DNA of 64,000 bases from Camelus dromedarius (Eukaryota), in contig NC_087437.1 in the NCBI RefSeq assembly GCF_036321535.1, positions 57,414,001 to 57,478,000 of the forward strand, in the 5' to 3' direction. Below, piece by piece: positions 23,393 through 35,480 of the stretch (its first letter is position 1; the number at the start of each line of letters is the position of its first letter). The notes beneath the pieces are model-generated. The model made no database searches, was not told where the DNA came from, and saw only the letters and a list, made by a program, of their open reading frames with translations. A program made the translations under genes and the position numbers.

Positions 23393-24684
23393 CTTATGAG
23401 CATATAGTATGTGGTGGGCACTGAGCTAGCGATAACAGTGTAAACAAACAACTACGTGCAAGGACTCCACTTATGGTCCTGATAAACTGGTCGAATTTTA
23501 ACCTAAGAGAGGAAATCACTGAAAATTTTCAACAGGAAAGTAACATAATTTGGTTTATGTTTTCTAAAACTCACACTCTGATTTGTTTTATCCTTAATGG
23601 ATTATTGTGGATACAAGAGTGAAAGAAATTCCAAAACCATTTCTACAATCACTGTGCCATTGGAACACGCCAAGAAGGCAAGGAGGTGCTATTGGACTCA
23701 TTCTCTTATTGAAATTTGCTGAGATAGAGCGTTTAATTATGGATACAAACTCACTAGGGACAGAGCCAGAGCTAGGGAAGAGTATGTTGGTTCCCCCACT
23801 ACAACACGGCTGTATTTCAGCAGGCAACCAGCATACATTCATCCAATCAGCTGCCATATACATTAAGCTCTGTGCACAGACCCCAAATAAAACTTAACTC
23901 CAGCGCTCACATTGTGTGATTTTATTTCAGTCAACATAAGTATGTAATTGATCTCACAAATGTATAAAAATATTTTAGTTTTATCTTGGAGGAGTGAAGC
24001 TACACAGAGACCACCATTTCCCAGTGGATGGATTTGTATTTGAGATACGTTTCCTGTCATGATCTTCAACCAGACTGAAATTTCAGAACTGTCTTTGACT
24101 AAATCTGGCCTCCAATCACATTAATTATAAGAATTTCTGGAATTCATTCCCTCATAGTTTAGATCCCTATTAAGTAATTTTTGAATTATTAAACAGCTTT
24201 TATTTAATCTCTTTATTTCTTTCATTCTACAAAATTTTACCCCTCTGTAGCTTTCACACACTCTGGGGCTTTAGAGACTCAGTTATGAAAAACACAAATC
24301 TTCAGAATATTCATGGAGGAGCAGGAGATATATGTAAAGAAACAGATTCAATGCAGCAGAGGTTACTATAGATAGAATGCTTAATAAGGAAGTCTCACAT
24401 ACAAGTCACTAAGCTCCTGGAGGAGTCAGGACAAGTTTCATAAAAAGGTAACATTTGAGTCAGCTCTTGAAGAGGGAAACCGAAGTGAAGTTCAGACCTT
24501 GTTTTATCCAATCTGTCTTTTTCACCTCTTAACAACAGCACTCCTAGAATTAAGTTCTCAAGATATAGTTCTGATGATTGTAAACATGTCTACTCTTTAG
24601 TACCTAAACGTGAAGCCCAGTCCATACTATGGAATCCAAAGCCATCGATACACTGCCTTCCTGTTCCTGCCTCATCTTCCACCA

Positions 24685-24975
24685 CGAGGTTTCTCAATGT
24701 ACAGTAACATACCACTGTGGATGTTCAAGATTATTTTAGATCGATAGACATTTTTAATGTTAATAGTTTTAAAAATATTTAAAGTCCATTAGGAAAAAAA
24801 TGTCACTAGTATATCAAGCTCAAATGCTTAGAACAATTTTAGCTAAAAAATAAAAATCAATGTGGAGTTTTAAATAAAAAGCAAATAATGGTATGTTGGT
24901 ATATTTGGCAGAATGTTTGGATAGAGCAAAGATGTGCATGTTATTAAATCACCGAATTTTGGAAAAGGCCATTGT
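24685..24975. mobile_element. Possible hAT-Charlie-type MITE relic
   Basis: Ends resemble degenerate 'tttctcaa...ttggaaa' terminal inverted repeats around an AT-rich core. Family not resolved. Confidence 0.35.
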
Positions 24976-26429
24976 AATCGATAGTCCTAAGATATTCACC
25001 GTCAAACAACACCTGATAACACTTCAAGAAACCTTGATCATATTTTGGATTTTCATAGCCCTGTGTCTTTCCTCAGGCCGTTTCTTCTGTCCAGAATGCT
25101 GTTTTTCTTTACTCAACTATCCCCTCCTTTTCCAATATGTAGTTTACATTTTTATTATAGCACGTTGGGTATACTCTATTACATATTATAATAATTTTTG
25201 CTGTAGTTGTCATCCCTGCGGGGCTGGGACCTCCACGAGAGGAAGGCTTGCATGGGCTGTATTGCCGGTAGTCTCTTCTGAGCAGAGGGCCTGGCTCGCG
25301 CTTCCCAATGAGCAAATGGATGTGAAAGTGCAACGTGGGCATTTAGTCACTATTTGCTGAATTGAATTGGTTCGACTACCCTGAAAGGTCCAGCTCCCTC
25401 AGGTCTCCATTGTTAAATGTCACTTCAGACTTAGACAGCAGCAATGAATCATGGCTTCTGAAAGACCATATTTAAAGTAAGCAATCTGTTGCCTGGGAAC
25501 AGAGCAAATCCCACAGGCAGTTTTATGTGTTATCTTATCAGGTTAGCTCATATCAGCAAGAAACCCCTATGAGTATGGGAAAGAAAAAGAGAGAAAAAAA
25601 GGAAAGGGGAAAGCGTCATAATCATGATGGTCATTTGTTTAGGATTTTACCACTTCCTTACACTTTCTTCGCCTCTAGATCATTTTATCCATGTGATAGC
25701 TATTACTATTATTGGTAGTGGGATTATTATTACAATTCTCCTATTTCACTGAAGTGACACAAATGAAAATGAAAGTAAAGTAACAACCTGCCTTCCTACC
25801 TTCCTGTCTTCTTTATTTTGTGGATTTTCACTTTTTATGTTATTTTCTTCTTAACTCACAAGTCGTAACTATGTAGGTCAAACTTTATATCATGATGAAG
25901 ACCAGTCTTACACATCTTTATTCATAAAGATGTCCCATCAGAGCTTCCACTGGGCTAAATATTTATGTAATTCATAGAGGAAACTGATTTTTAAAATTGG
26001 TTCAAAGTTAGTTTTAAAATTATCTACTTTAGATATGCATTTAAATTACACACACATTATGTATGCATATCCCCTTTAATAAACAGATTTGGATATGAGC
26101 TGGAAAATTATTTTGAGGACTAAAGACTAATTCTAAGCACTTTATATATATTAATGTCTACTTTTTTTTTTTTCAAAGCTAGTTAGTGAAGAAAATTTAC
26201 AGGACATTTCATAGCATATGTATGTAATAGTCTTTCTTTTTTTTCTATGCTGTATAGATGAAGTAAGTTTTCATGGAATTGAATAAGTTTAGCTTAAGCC
26301 AAAACTGTCAAGAAGATCATGAGTCAAAGAGAGACTCCATTAGTTTGAAAGGAAAGTTCTCAGAAAAAAACAAAAAAACTATTGCCTTTTCTTTGCTAAA
26401 AGCTAGAATGAAATTACTTTTGAGTAATG

Positions 26430-26988
26430 TATCAAAGTTCAGTCCAGAAAGTAGAAACACTAGGAGAACTATGGTATAAAGGTTTTATTATAGCAGCTGG
26501 ATCCCAACTGTGGGATAAGCTAGAAATTAAGGTCTAGAATGAAGATGCTAGAGGATCAGAATAAAGTTAGGGATCAGCTCTCCTGAAGCACTGACAGTGA
26601 TGGAAATGTTAGGGCTTGCATGGGAATCTGGGAAGCCAGTCAAATCCATCTGTTGGTGTGTGACCACGACAAGAAGATGATGGGAAAGACTCTGAAATGA
26701 TTTTGCTTCTGTTTCTCATGGTGAGTCTAAGGTTGCAGTTGGTCAGCAGCACCAGCAGTCTGAAAGAACTGGACAAAAAGCATGGGGTCATGAGGACACA
26801 CTGACTGACACCCACCAGCAAACACTTCAAGGTCCATCCAACAGCAAAGACCTTCAGAGTGAAGTGACTCCTGCTTCACTCCTACCTCCCACATCTTGTG
26901 AAACTTTGACTTTGGTCAGCTTTGACTTGGAAGCTTACAGGAAATGAATCCTAGAAAATGTAGTTCTAGCTTTGTCAAGTTGACTCAG
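26430..26988. mobile_element. Ancient MLT1-type LTR
   Basis: Start 'gttcagtccagaaagtagaaacac' and end 'ggaaatgaatcctagaaaatgtagttctagc...ttgactca' are typical of old MLT1 subfamilies. Confidence 0.55.
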
Positions 26989-27025
26989 AAAAAAAAAAAA
27001 ATCACAGGCCTTCTGAGTTCAAATT
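26904..27025 (+). repeat. Dispersed direct repeat, copy 1 (likely donor)
   Basis: Matches 30729-30849 with 5 substitutions and A13 versus A12, by manual alignment. Confidence 0.93.
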
Positions 27026-27134
27026 CCTCTGAAGCATTAGTGTATCAAAGTCGTCAAGTGAATCGAATGTGTGTTCCAGAGAGATTTTGATTCTAAAATA
27101 TTTTGGAAGTAATCTACTTTCTAAAGTCAGGAGA

Positions 27135-27218
27135 GGTCCTGGCTTCAATCCCCAGGAACTCCAATCAATCAATCAATCAATGGCACTTAGTTTATCAAAA
27201 AAAATTTTAAATAAAAAA
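27135..27218 (+). mobile_element. 5'-truncated Vic-1-like SINE
   Basis: B-box region 'ggtcctggcttcaatcccc' and a (caat)n/A-rich tail. Perfect TSD taaagtcaggaga at 27122-27134 and 27219-27231. Confidence 0.8.
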
Positions 27219-29399
27219 TAAAGTCAGGAGAAATTTTAACTAAACATAGAATATAATTGACAATATTTAGTAATCAGAGAGGAAGACTGATTCCAAGATC
27301 TCACATTTATATTGGTATAACAAAAATCCATATTAAGTAAGACACCATGGTAATAGAAAAACAATGGTTTGAATCACATCATATGTTGACTTTCTCAGTT
27401 TGTCACATTTGGACTAATCGTAACTTACAGTTCAATATACCCATAACCAAAGATCAGTTTTCACCAGAGAGCAGATTTCTGAGTTTTCACCATGGAAACT
27501 GGACACAAATTGTCCTCAAAATAGCCAGAATTGCAAGATGAAACTTACCCAAAAGCAGTGAGTGGCAATGTCATTTTGTCTGGATTAATACCACGTACTG
27601 AGCCATTTTTATTCTCTACTATCTTAACTTGGATGAATTAAAATGCTCTTTAAGCCAGTCCTCAGGGCTCTGAATAGAAAAACACTAAAAGTACAGTTTG
27701 ATTGAGGAAAATGAGCAAGAACACTCAAGAACAGTGAACACAGGAAGGGTTTTGCAAAAGGGGAACTTCAAGCAGCTTGACTGACACACAAAAAAGAACA
27801 CTAATCATTCTTTCTTCCCATGGAAAGGGGATAAGGGTATGGCAACAAGCCTCAACTATATAATATAACCTAGAGGAGGCTTTAGTCAGTATCAAAATGC
27901 TGTAAAACACAATGATTACATGTGATTTACACAGTCACCATTTCCAGTATCCCTTTTTACCAATGCTATGTTGAGATGTGTCAATCAGTTATAAATTAAG
28001 CAACATTCATATATTCTTGTTAGTCATATTAAACCTACCATCATCTGTATTAAATCTGTTGTGGATCTCTGTTATCCATTCTGTCATTAATGTCCTTGCA
28101 AGATCTGTCTCTAGCTTATTTCTACAGGCTCAATATTGTCCTTCACACATCTTCTCTTAGTCACTGTGTCTCTCTCTACTATTTTTCATGAACATCATTT
28201 ACATCCTGGTTTCTGGGCTACTGTGCATGTTGCCCTGGTGTTTTGTTTATTTATTTTTGTTTCGTTTCATTTTGTTTTTACCAATCTTGCCTTTCTAATT
28301 CAAATACCACTTCTCAATGAACAGTTTCTAATCCTGTCTAACCAAACAAAATGCCCAACTATTTTGGACCAACATAGTAGATCATTAGTGGCAGGGATAA
28401 GTTACTTTTTTTTGCCTTTGTCTTGTATTTTCATTATTTTTAGATATGTTCTTAACTTTTACTAGATATTTTTCTCAATAAAGGTGAGGTAGTGTCTTAA
28501 TGTTTTCCCCCTTCATCTTGATAACACAGTATACAAATGACACTCTTTTTAAGAGTCCTTGGTGATGGTCTTCTGTTCTTAACTCTTTGCTATTTGACCT
28601 TTGGCTAGAAATTGAACCCCAGTATATGAAAAATTAACTTTATAGTCAAAATGGTTTATGTCAAAATAACTGGATCAGCATATCATTTAACCAAGTCTAT
28701 AAATCTTAGTTTATAGTGACTATTTTGGTTTGCTCATTGAATGCTTATGCCCAGAGCATCTAATGAAATGGGATTAAAATAAACACTGGAAAAAAATTGA
28801 TAACACAGTACTGAGAGTTGAGTGAAGGAGGAGGAAGAGCTGGGGAAGGCATGGGCAATTTTTGTTAGGGAATAGCCAGGCCAAGTTATTTATGTATAAA
28901 ACATGATTGTGGTGTCCACTTAACATGCTGTTCTATTAACTAGATGATTGGCAGAATGATATAGAGCCCTCTTGAGCATCTCAAGCAGTTGTTTTTCTCT
29001 AAAATGACCACTTCAAATTAGCTAAAGATGAAACAAGAGAGGAAAGCGAAATAGACAGACAGAAAAAAATGTGAGGGGAGCATGGGTGGAGGCTTGGAGA
29101 GAGGAGGATAGACAAAGGCAGAGAAGGGACGGGGAAGAGGAATGGCAAATAAAAGGAGATGAGGGGAGGAGCAGAGTAAAGGTAGAAGAGAAGAGAGAAA
29201 TATTTTAAATGAGGTACATCTCAAAATGAGTATGAGCAATTTAGACAATTTAGACAAATTAGATAATTTAGACAAGGTTCATATTTTAAATATCTATATA
29301 ATATTTTATATTACTTTGTAATTCTGCTTCTAATTTTTGATCTCAATTTCTGAGGGTTAAATTAATCACACTTTTAAATTCCTGACACATTATCAATGA

Positions 29400-29910
29400 C
29401 CTGTATAAGACATTTGTTTTATTTTCTTTTGTCCTATTTCCCTCATACCCTCTATCTATAGGTAATAATTTTAGTATTTTGACATATTTAATGCATATCC
29501 TTATATTTATATTTTCTTTTAAAGTGTTTTTGTGTATATATGTGTATTATTAAATTATATGAATGATGCCTTACATAAACATCCTTATTCTGTTTGTTGC
29601 TTTTTCATTAGTGTTGTTTTTAAGATCACTGTTGTCACTGTGTGTACATCTAATCTGCTTCTAACTTCTGTGAGGTATACTCTGGTGAGTGTCCACTATA
29701 TTTTGCCCACCACCCTGGACCCCAGTGAAGGATACCTAGAATGTCCACAATTCTTTGCCAACACAGATAACACTGAGATGGACACCATTTCTCCTTATGA
29801 ACATGTGTTAGACTTTGAGACACATACCCAAAGGTGGCTTGACTAGATCATAGGTACGTCTTGGTATTGACATATTATTTTCCAGAATATCTACTCTCCC
29901 AACAGCAGTT
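29400..29910 (-). mobile_element. Decayed L1ME-like 3' fragment
   Basis: 'catacccaaaggtggcttgactagatcataggta' and related antisense L1 motifs. Confidence 0.45.
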
Positions 29911-30700
29911 TATATGTCATAATGTCTTTAGAAATGAGAAATTTACCTTGACCAAAAAATTTCTGAACAAATAAGTATTTGTAACTCTACTGTCCACACT
30001 GCAGTGACTGCATCTCATTTTAGCAGTAATCTCTTTAAATGTCACTTTCTGATCTTCCCATTTTTCTTTCATTTAACAGTTACGCATTCATTCAAACAGT
30101 AGTGATTGGGCACCAACTGTGTACTTAGTTTTTGACTGTATCTTCTAATGTAGTTTCTTCGCTAGAAAGGGGACCTCCAGAGTAAGTGCTGTGAAGATGT
30201 CAGTCAATGTGTTGAGCCATCCTTACTCCCAGAGAGCTCTTGGAGATTCAGGGAATTCTCCCTTGAGAAAGATAAAATTAATTTGAGAAATTAAATTTAA
30301 TAAATTTAATTTATTTAATTTGAGAATTAAACCCTGAAATGAATGGGTTAGTCAGAAACTCAGGGAAAAAGATAATTACTGAGTTGAGAATGGCAAAAAA
30401 AAAAAATTTTTTTTGCATAGAGGAATCAATGAATGCAAGAGACACTGGGAAGTGTCCCCCCAGCTGGGATCCAGTAATGGAAAGAGATGTCATAGAGCAA
30501 AGAAAGAGACAGTGGCATTAGCAGGAGGCTCAGAGAAGCAGGAAGGTGGTGTCTGATCATGTAAGAAACTGCAGGACTTGAGAGGTATTTTGGATTAGAG
30601 ACAAATTCCTACAGACAGTATGGAAATATTCAAATGTAAGGTAAGAGGCAGGGTGAGAAGGCCAGTGAGCGCTTCTAGCCCTTTTATGCTGCTCCTTCTA

Positions 30701-31130
30701 CTGTGCTTCTAATAAGATAACCTACTATCTTTGACTTTGGTCAGCTTTGACTTGGAAGCTTACAGGAAGTGAATCCTAGAAAATGTAGTTCTAGCTTTGT
30801 CAAGCTGACTCAGAAAAAAAAAAAATCAGAGGCTTTTTGAGTTCAAATTACACATGGGGCTACTGAGCATTCTTAATGTAGCTGGTCTGAACTGAGATGT
30901 GCTGAAGTATAAAATATACACCAGATTGCAAAGCCTTAGTATAAAAATGTAAATATCTTGTTAATTTTTATGTTGACTCTATGTTGAGAGGATAATGTTT
31001 TAGATATATTGGGTTATATATAGTATTATAAAAATTAATTTCACCTATTTCTTTTTATCTTTTTAATGTAGCTACTAGGAAATTTAAAATTACATATACA
31101 AGTCTAATTTATCTGTTGGACAATGCTGCT
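30701..31130 (-). mobile_element. MER33-like hAT-Charlie MITE, interrupted by a 121-bp insertion
   Basis: Body 'cacatggggctactgagca...gagatgtgctg...aattaatttcacct...gctactaggaaatttaaaattacatat...ttggacaatgctg'. The apparent left end 'ctgtgcttctaataag' at 30701 is separated from the body by the insertion. Confidence 0.8.
30729..30849 (+). repeat. Dispersed direct repeat, copy 2 (likely inserted)
   Basis: About 95% identical to 26904-27025, offset 3825 bp. Confidence 0.93.
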
Positions 31131-32779
31131 GTGAATCATTTGCTTCCTGGGTAACCATAGAATGCTGAAGACTCATCCAGAGTGAAAATTTTGCTGACTG
31201 AAAAGGGGATTGTCTTTGTATTAAATCTAAAACCTACAGAAGGTTGTATTTAGGTCAGGTAGATTTTAAGCAGAATCTCAGGCAGAAACCATCTAAATAG
31301 ATTATATGCTGTACGGACTTCAGGAGAGCAGTTTAGAAGATTATGTGGGAGTTGAAATACAGGCACACATCCCGTTATGTATCAACAAGGCATGTGCTCA
31401 GAGAAGACTCCCACACACCACTTAGAATACTGGTTTAAATTTTTCCACCAATAAAGTGACTTTGAATAAAGGTGGAAAAAAAAGCCAGCAGTAGTACAGT
31501 GACTGCCACATACTGTAGTTAAATGGCAAGGACTGTTTTACAGAAAATGACTTTTTCATGAATGTTCTTTAAAAAATGTCTTGCCAGGATTTGTTTCTTT
31601 GATATGACTAGCTTGAAAAACCCATTACTTCCATTGAAATTCTATGATTGATCTTTTGCACATTTGAAACAATTGGAAGAATGTTTATTAAATTCTTCTT
31701 CGGCCAACATAGCTAAACAAACTTCATTCTGGCCTTCAAAGATCTCATAGTCCAATAGAAGAAATTGGACCACAAAGGAATAAAATAGTGTAAAATGTTG
31801 AATAATCAAATTACATCTAAAGGTACAAGTGTAATAGGAGTCTGCCTGAGAGAAAGCATATTATTTACCTATACTGTCTATATTTTTTCTTAAAAGCCAG
31901 ATGACTGCTTATAGTCCAGAAAACCTTTAGGTACTTTCAAAAACTGTCTCACATGAGCTGAATATGGAAACTGAGCCTTAACTGACAAATTAATATTTTT
32001 TTTGGAGGATCTGTCAAGAATGATATAGTGCATGTATGTTTTTACTGACATTTTATATTTTGTATTTATTATGTAGGTATCAGAGAAGTAATATTTTTTC
32101 CAATCTTTTTGAGTCTTCTGTAAATGAATTTTGCAGACTTCCTTAGTCACTGTGGATCCGAATGATCAAGTATGAAGAGTGTTATTGACTGAGGGAAGAA
32201 ATGCACCATGAGTGGCAGACACTGCAGGTGTAACCCTTCAGTGCCCACCTACTCTAAGCCATGTTGTAGCTTCTCCCGGGGAAAAGGAGGCCAGCTGTTT
32301 TGACTCTGTGCATTTTGTACAGGTGATCAGCTTTTACATTCCTTTTGAAGCACTAAGCTATAACTATGGCTTGTAGGATGGCCCTATGTAATCTTTAAAA
32401 ATGTCAAAATAAGGACCATTTCCCCTCCAAAATTCCAAACCCGAATCAGTGGGCTAGACAGAAAAGCTGAAATTAGCAATCTTCTTGCTTTTAAAAATAT
32501 TATTTCAAAAATCATCTTTTGAAGGTCATACAATGTCACATTTTATATTCAGGTGGCAACTGAGATGGATGGGGACATTTCACTTTTCTTCAAATCATAC
32601 AAGATTGGTAGAGTAGTGGAATATTTTATATTTGATTTTCATTTCTCCCGGGTTTTACATTTTTATTTGGTGCATGGACTTTGAGGGGAAAGGGGAAGAC
32701 TTTCATTCAGTAAACTGATGAGATAGGATAATTAACATATAAGTAAGCATCATTAAAATTTTGGAGTTTTAAAGAATAT

Positions 32780-35350
32780 CAGATGTCTAGTCTGGATATG
32801 ATGGAGTAAGTACCAGTTATTTTGTGTTTTGCACTGAGTAAACGTGGACAGGATTCACAGAACAGCTCTGTAAGGACTCTGAAAAACAGCGGGCAAATTG
32901 GGGAAGAGGGTTCCAATTTAATGATGAATCGCTGGTGACTTCACCCATTTTTCCTCCAGTTTCCCTCAACCAACACTGAAGTGGGCATAAAGGAGTAGAC
33001 AGAGTTCAGGAGAAGCCCTATAGTACCGCTCAAGGAGCAGGAACTCACACTATTCCGAGAGAGTGTGGGAACACCTGCTGCAGTCCTCTCTCCTGTGCCC
33101 CCGTGGTCTGGCCCCTGGTGTAACGAGCCCACAGGAGCCAAAGCTCGAGCAGGAGAGACTTCCTCTTCCTTCATCAGACGAGTTGTAGTTCCAAGAAGGT
33201 GGGACCAACCATTGTGTTTTTTGTTTTGGTTTGGTTTTTTTGTCTTATGTGTCCTTCCATTGTTTAACTGGAGAGGTGGGCACTCTTCAGAAGTGCACTG
33301 CAGAACAAGATGACTAAAATCCCAGCTTTCTAAAATGAAAAGTGAACTAGAAGAGCCCCAAAGAACCAGGAAGTGTGGGGAGGTTAATGGAGAGGAAGGG
33401 ATTCAGGAAATCAACCCCAAATAATTGTTTATAAGCATTGGACTCATTCCCAAACTGTGCACACGTGGATCTGACAACTATTTAGCGAACAAGAGACTTT
33501 GAGAACTAAACAGACACATCACTGTCCATGTCCAAGACTGGCCACTAGATGGCATATACACTGGACAGATCCAAATAGCATGTGAATGCTTTGAAAAGTT
33601 CACTGTTTTGGAACCAGGAATGTAGGAGGCTGGTTGGAACCTTAAGGTCTGAATCTAATCAGTTTGACTGACTACAAAAATTAAAATGTCAATAGTAAAC
33701 AAACTTACGGTTACTAGGGGGAATGAGGTGGAAAGGGATAAATTGGAAGTTCAAGATTTGTAAATATTAATTAACTACTATATATAAAATAGGTAAACAA
33801 CAAGTTTCCTCTGTATAGCACAGGGAGCTATATTCAATATCCTATAGTGAAAAAGAATATGAAAATGATTATATGTATGTATAATATGACTGAAACATTA
33901 TGTTGTTGACACATTGTAAACTGACTATACTTCAATTAAAAGTTTTTTTAACTGAAATGCTTAAAAAAAATTAAAATGTCAATATTCTCCATAGGATTAA
34001 AAATAGATGCAGAATCTCATAATATAATATTCAAAATCTCCAATATATAATTTAAAAGGTTACTTGGCATATAAACTACCAGGAAAATCTCAACTTGTGT
34101 GGGGAAAGGCAATCAAGACACAAATGGTGAGATGACAAAATATTGGAATTATCTGACACTTGAAACAAAAGCTAAAATAGAAAAGGTACCAAATAAATAG
34201 AAGATTAAAAACAAAAACCAAATGGAAATTTTAGAACTATAAACACAATAGCCAAAAACAAAACCTCCATTGACCAGCTCGGTAGTAGAAGAGAGGTGAC
34301 AGAGGAAGCAGTCAATGAGCTTGAGGATAAATCAACAAAAGTGATTCAATCTGAACATTAGAGAGAGAAAAAAAAAAAAAAAGATTGGGAAAGTGAAAAG
34401 AGACTTAGAGATCTGTGGGAGAGTAACAAAAAAATCCAGCATTTATGTCATCGGAGCCTCAGAAGGAGAAGAGAAAAAGTGCAGCACAGGGAAGAGTATT
34501 TGAAGAAATAATGGCTGAAAATGTCCCAAATTTGACAAAAGAACTGTACCTGTAGATACGAGAAGCTCAGTGAATTCCAAACAGGATAAACACAAACAAA
34601 TCTACTTCCAGATCATAATCAAATTGTTGAAAATTTAAGAGAAAGAAAAAATTCTGAAAGCACCCAGAGAAAAATGATGTGTTATCACTAGAAGAACAAC
34701 CGTAGAGGCCAGAAAGACGTGGCGTTGCAGTTTTAAAGGGAAGAAAGAAAGGAACTGTCAACCCAGAATGCTATTCCCAAGGGACGTATGCTTCAGGAAT
34801 GCAGGCAAAATAAAAAACACTTTCAGATGAAGGTCTGCTCTAAATGCATTGTTAAAGGAAGTTCAGACTCAAGGGAAATAATAGCACAAGGAAGCTTAAC
34901 ACATGAAAAATGAAGAAAACAACAAAATGGCAAACATTTGGGTAAATATACTTAATAATTCTGTTCTTGAGTTTTTTAAAAATGTTTGTGAGTTGAAAGC
35001 AGAAATTAACATTGTCTGATAGGGATTCCAATATGTATAGGTGATCATAATATAAAGGGACCTATATGGTGGTACGTTTTCTCCATTCCACCCAAAGTGA
35101 TAAAATTAATATTCTAAGTAGACTGTAAAGAGTTAAAATGTGTATATTGTAAGCCCTAGAGAAACCACCAAATAATCCAAAAGAAGTCAGAAAAGTGAAA
35201 TCAGAAAAATGCAAAGTGGAGGGAACTGGCAGAGGGAAAAAACAGGGAGCAAGTAATACAACAGTTGACCCAAATCCAAATATATCAATAATTATGTTAT
35301 TTTCAAATGTTCAAAATATACCTACAAAAGACGTGGATTTTCAGGACAGA
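32780..35350 (+). mobile_element. Old LINE-1 5' UTR/ORF1 remnant
   Basis: ORF1-like text 'tcagaaggagaagagaaa...tttgaagaaataatggctgaaaatgtcccaaatttg', 'aactgtcaacccagaat', and the ORF2 start region 'ccaaatatatcaataattatgtt...aatgt'. Many stops. Confidence 0.7.
33695..33965 (+). mobile_element. Younger L1 3' fragment nested in the old L1
   Basis: 'aaacaaacttacggttactagggg...ctgtatagcacagggagctatattcaatatc...ctgactatacttcaattaaaa'. Perfect 19-bp TSD aaaaattaaaatgtcaata at 33676-33694 and 33966-33984. Confidence 0.9.
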
Positions 35351-35369
35351 CAAGGAATATTAGACAATC

Positions 35370-35480
35370 AGGTTAATCCCTGCTCTGCGAGCTATCTCCA
35401 TTTTACAACAAGGAAACAGATTTAGAGGGGAATGAACTTGTTCAAGATCCTACAGCAATTAGATTTAGATGAGAGTTTTT
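35370..35480 (-). mobile_element. MIR fragment
   Basis: 'ctccattttacaacaaggaaacagatttagaggggaatgaacttgttcaagatcctacagc'. Confidence 0.55.
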
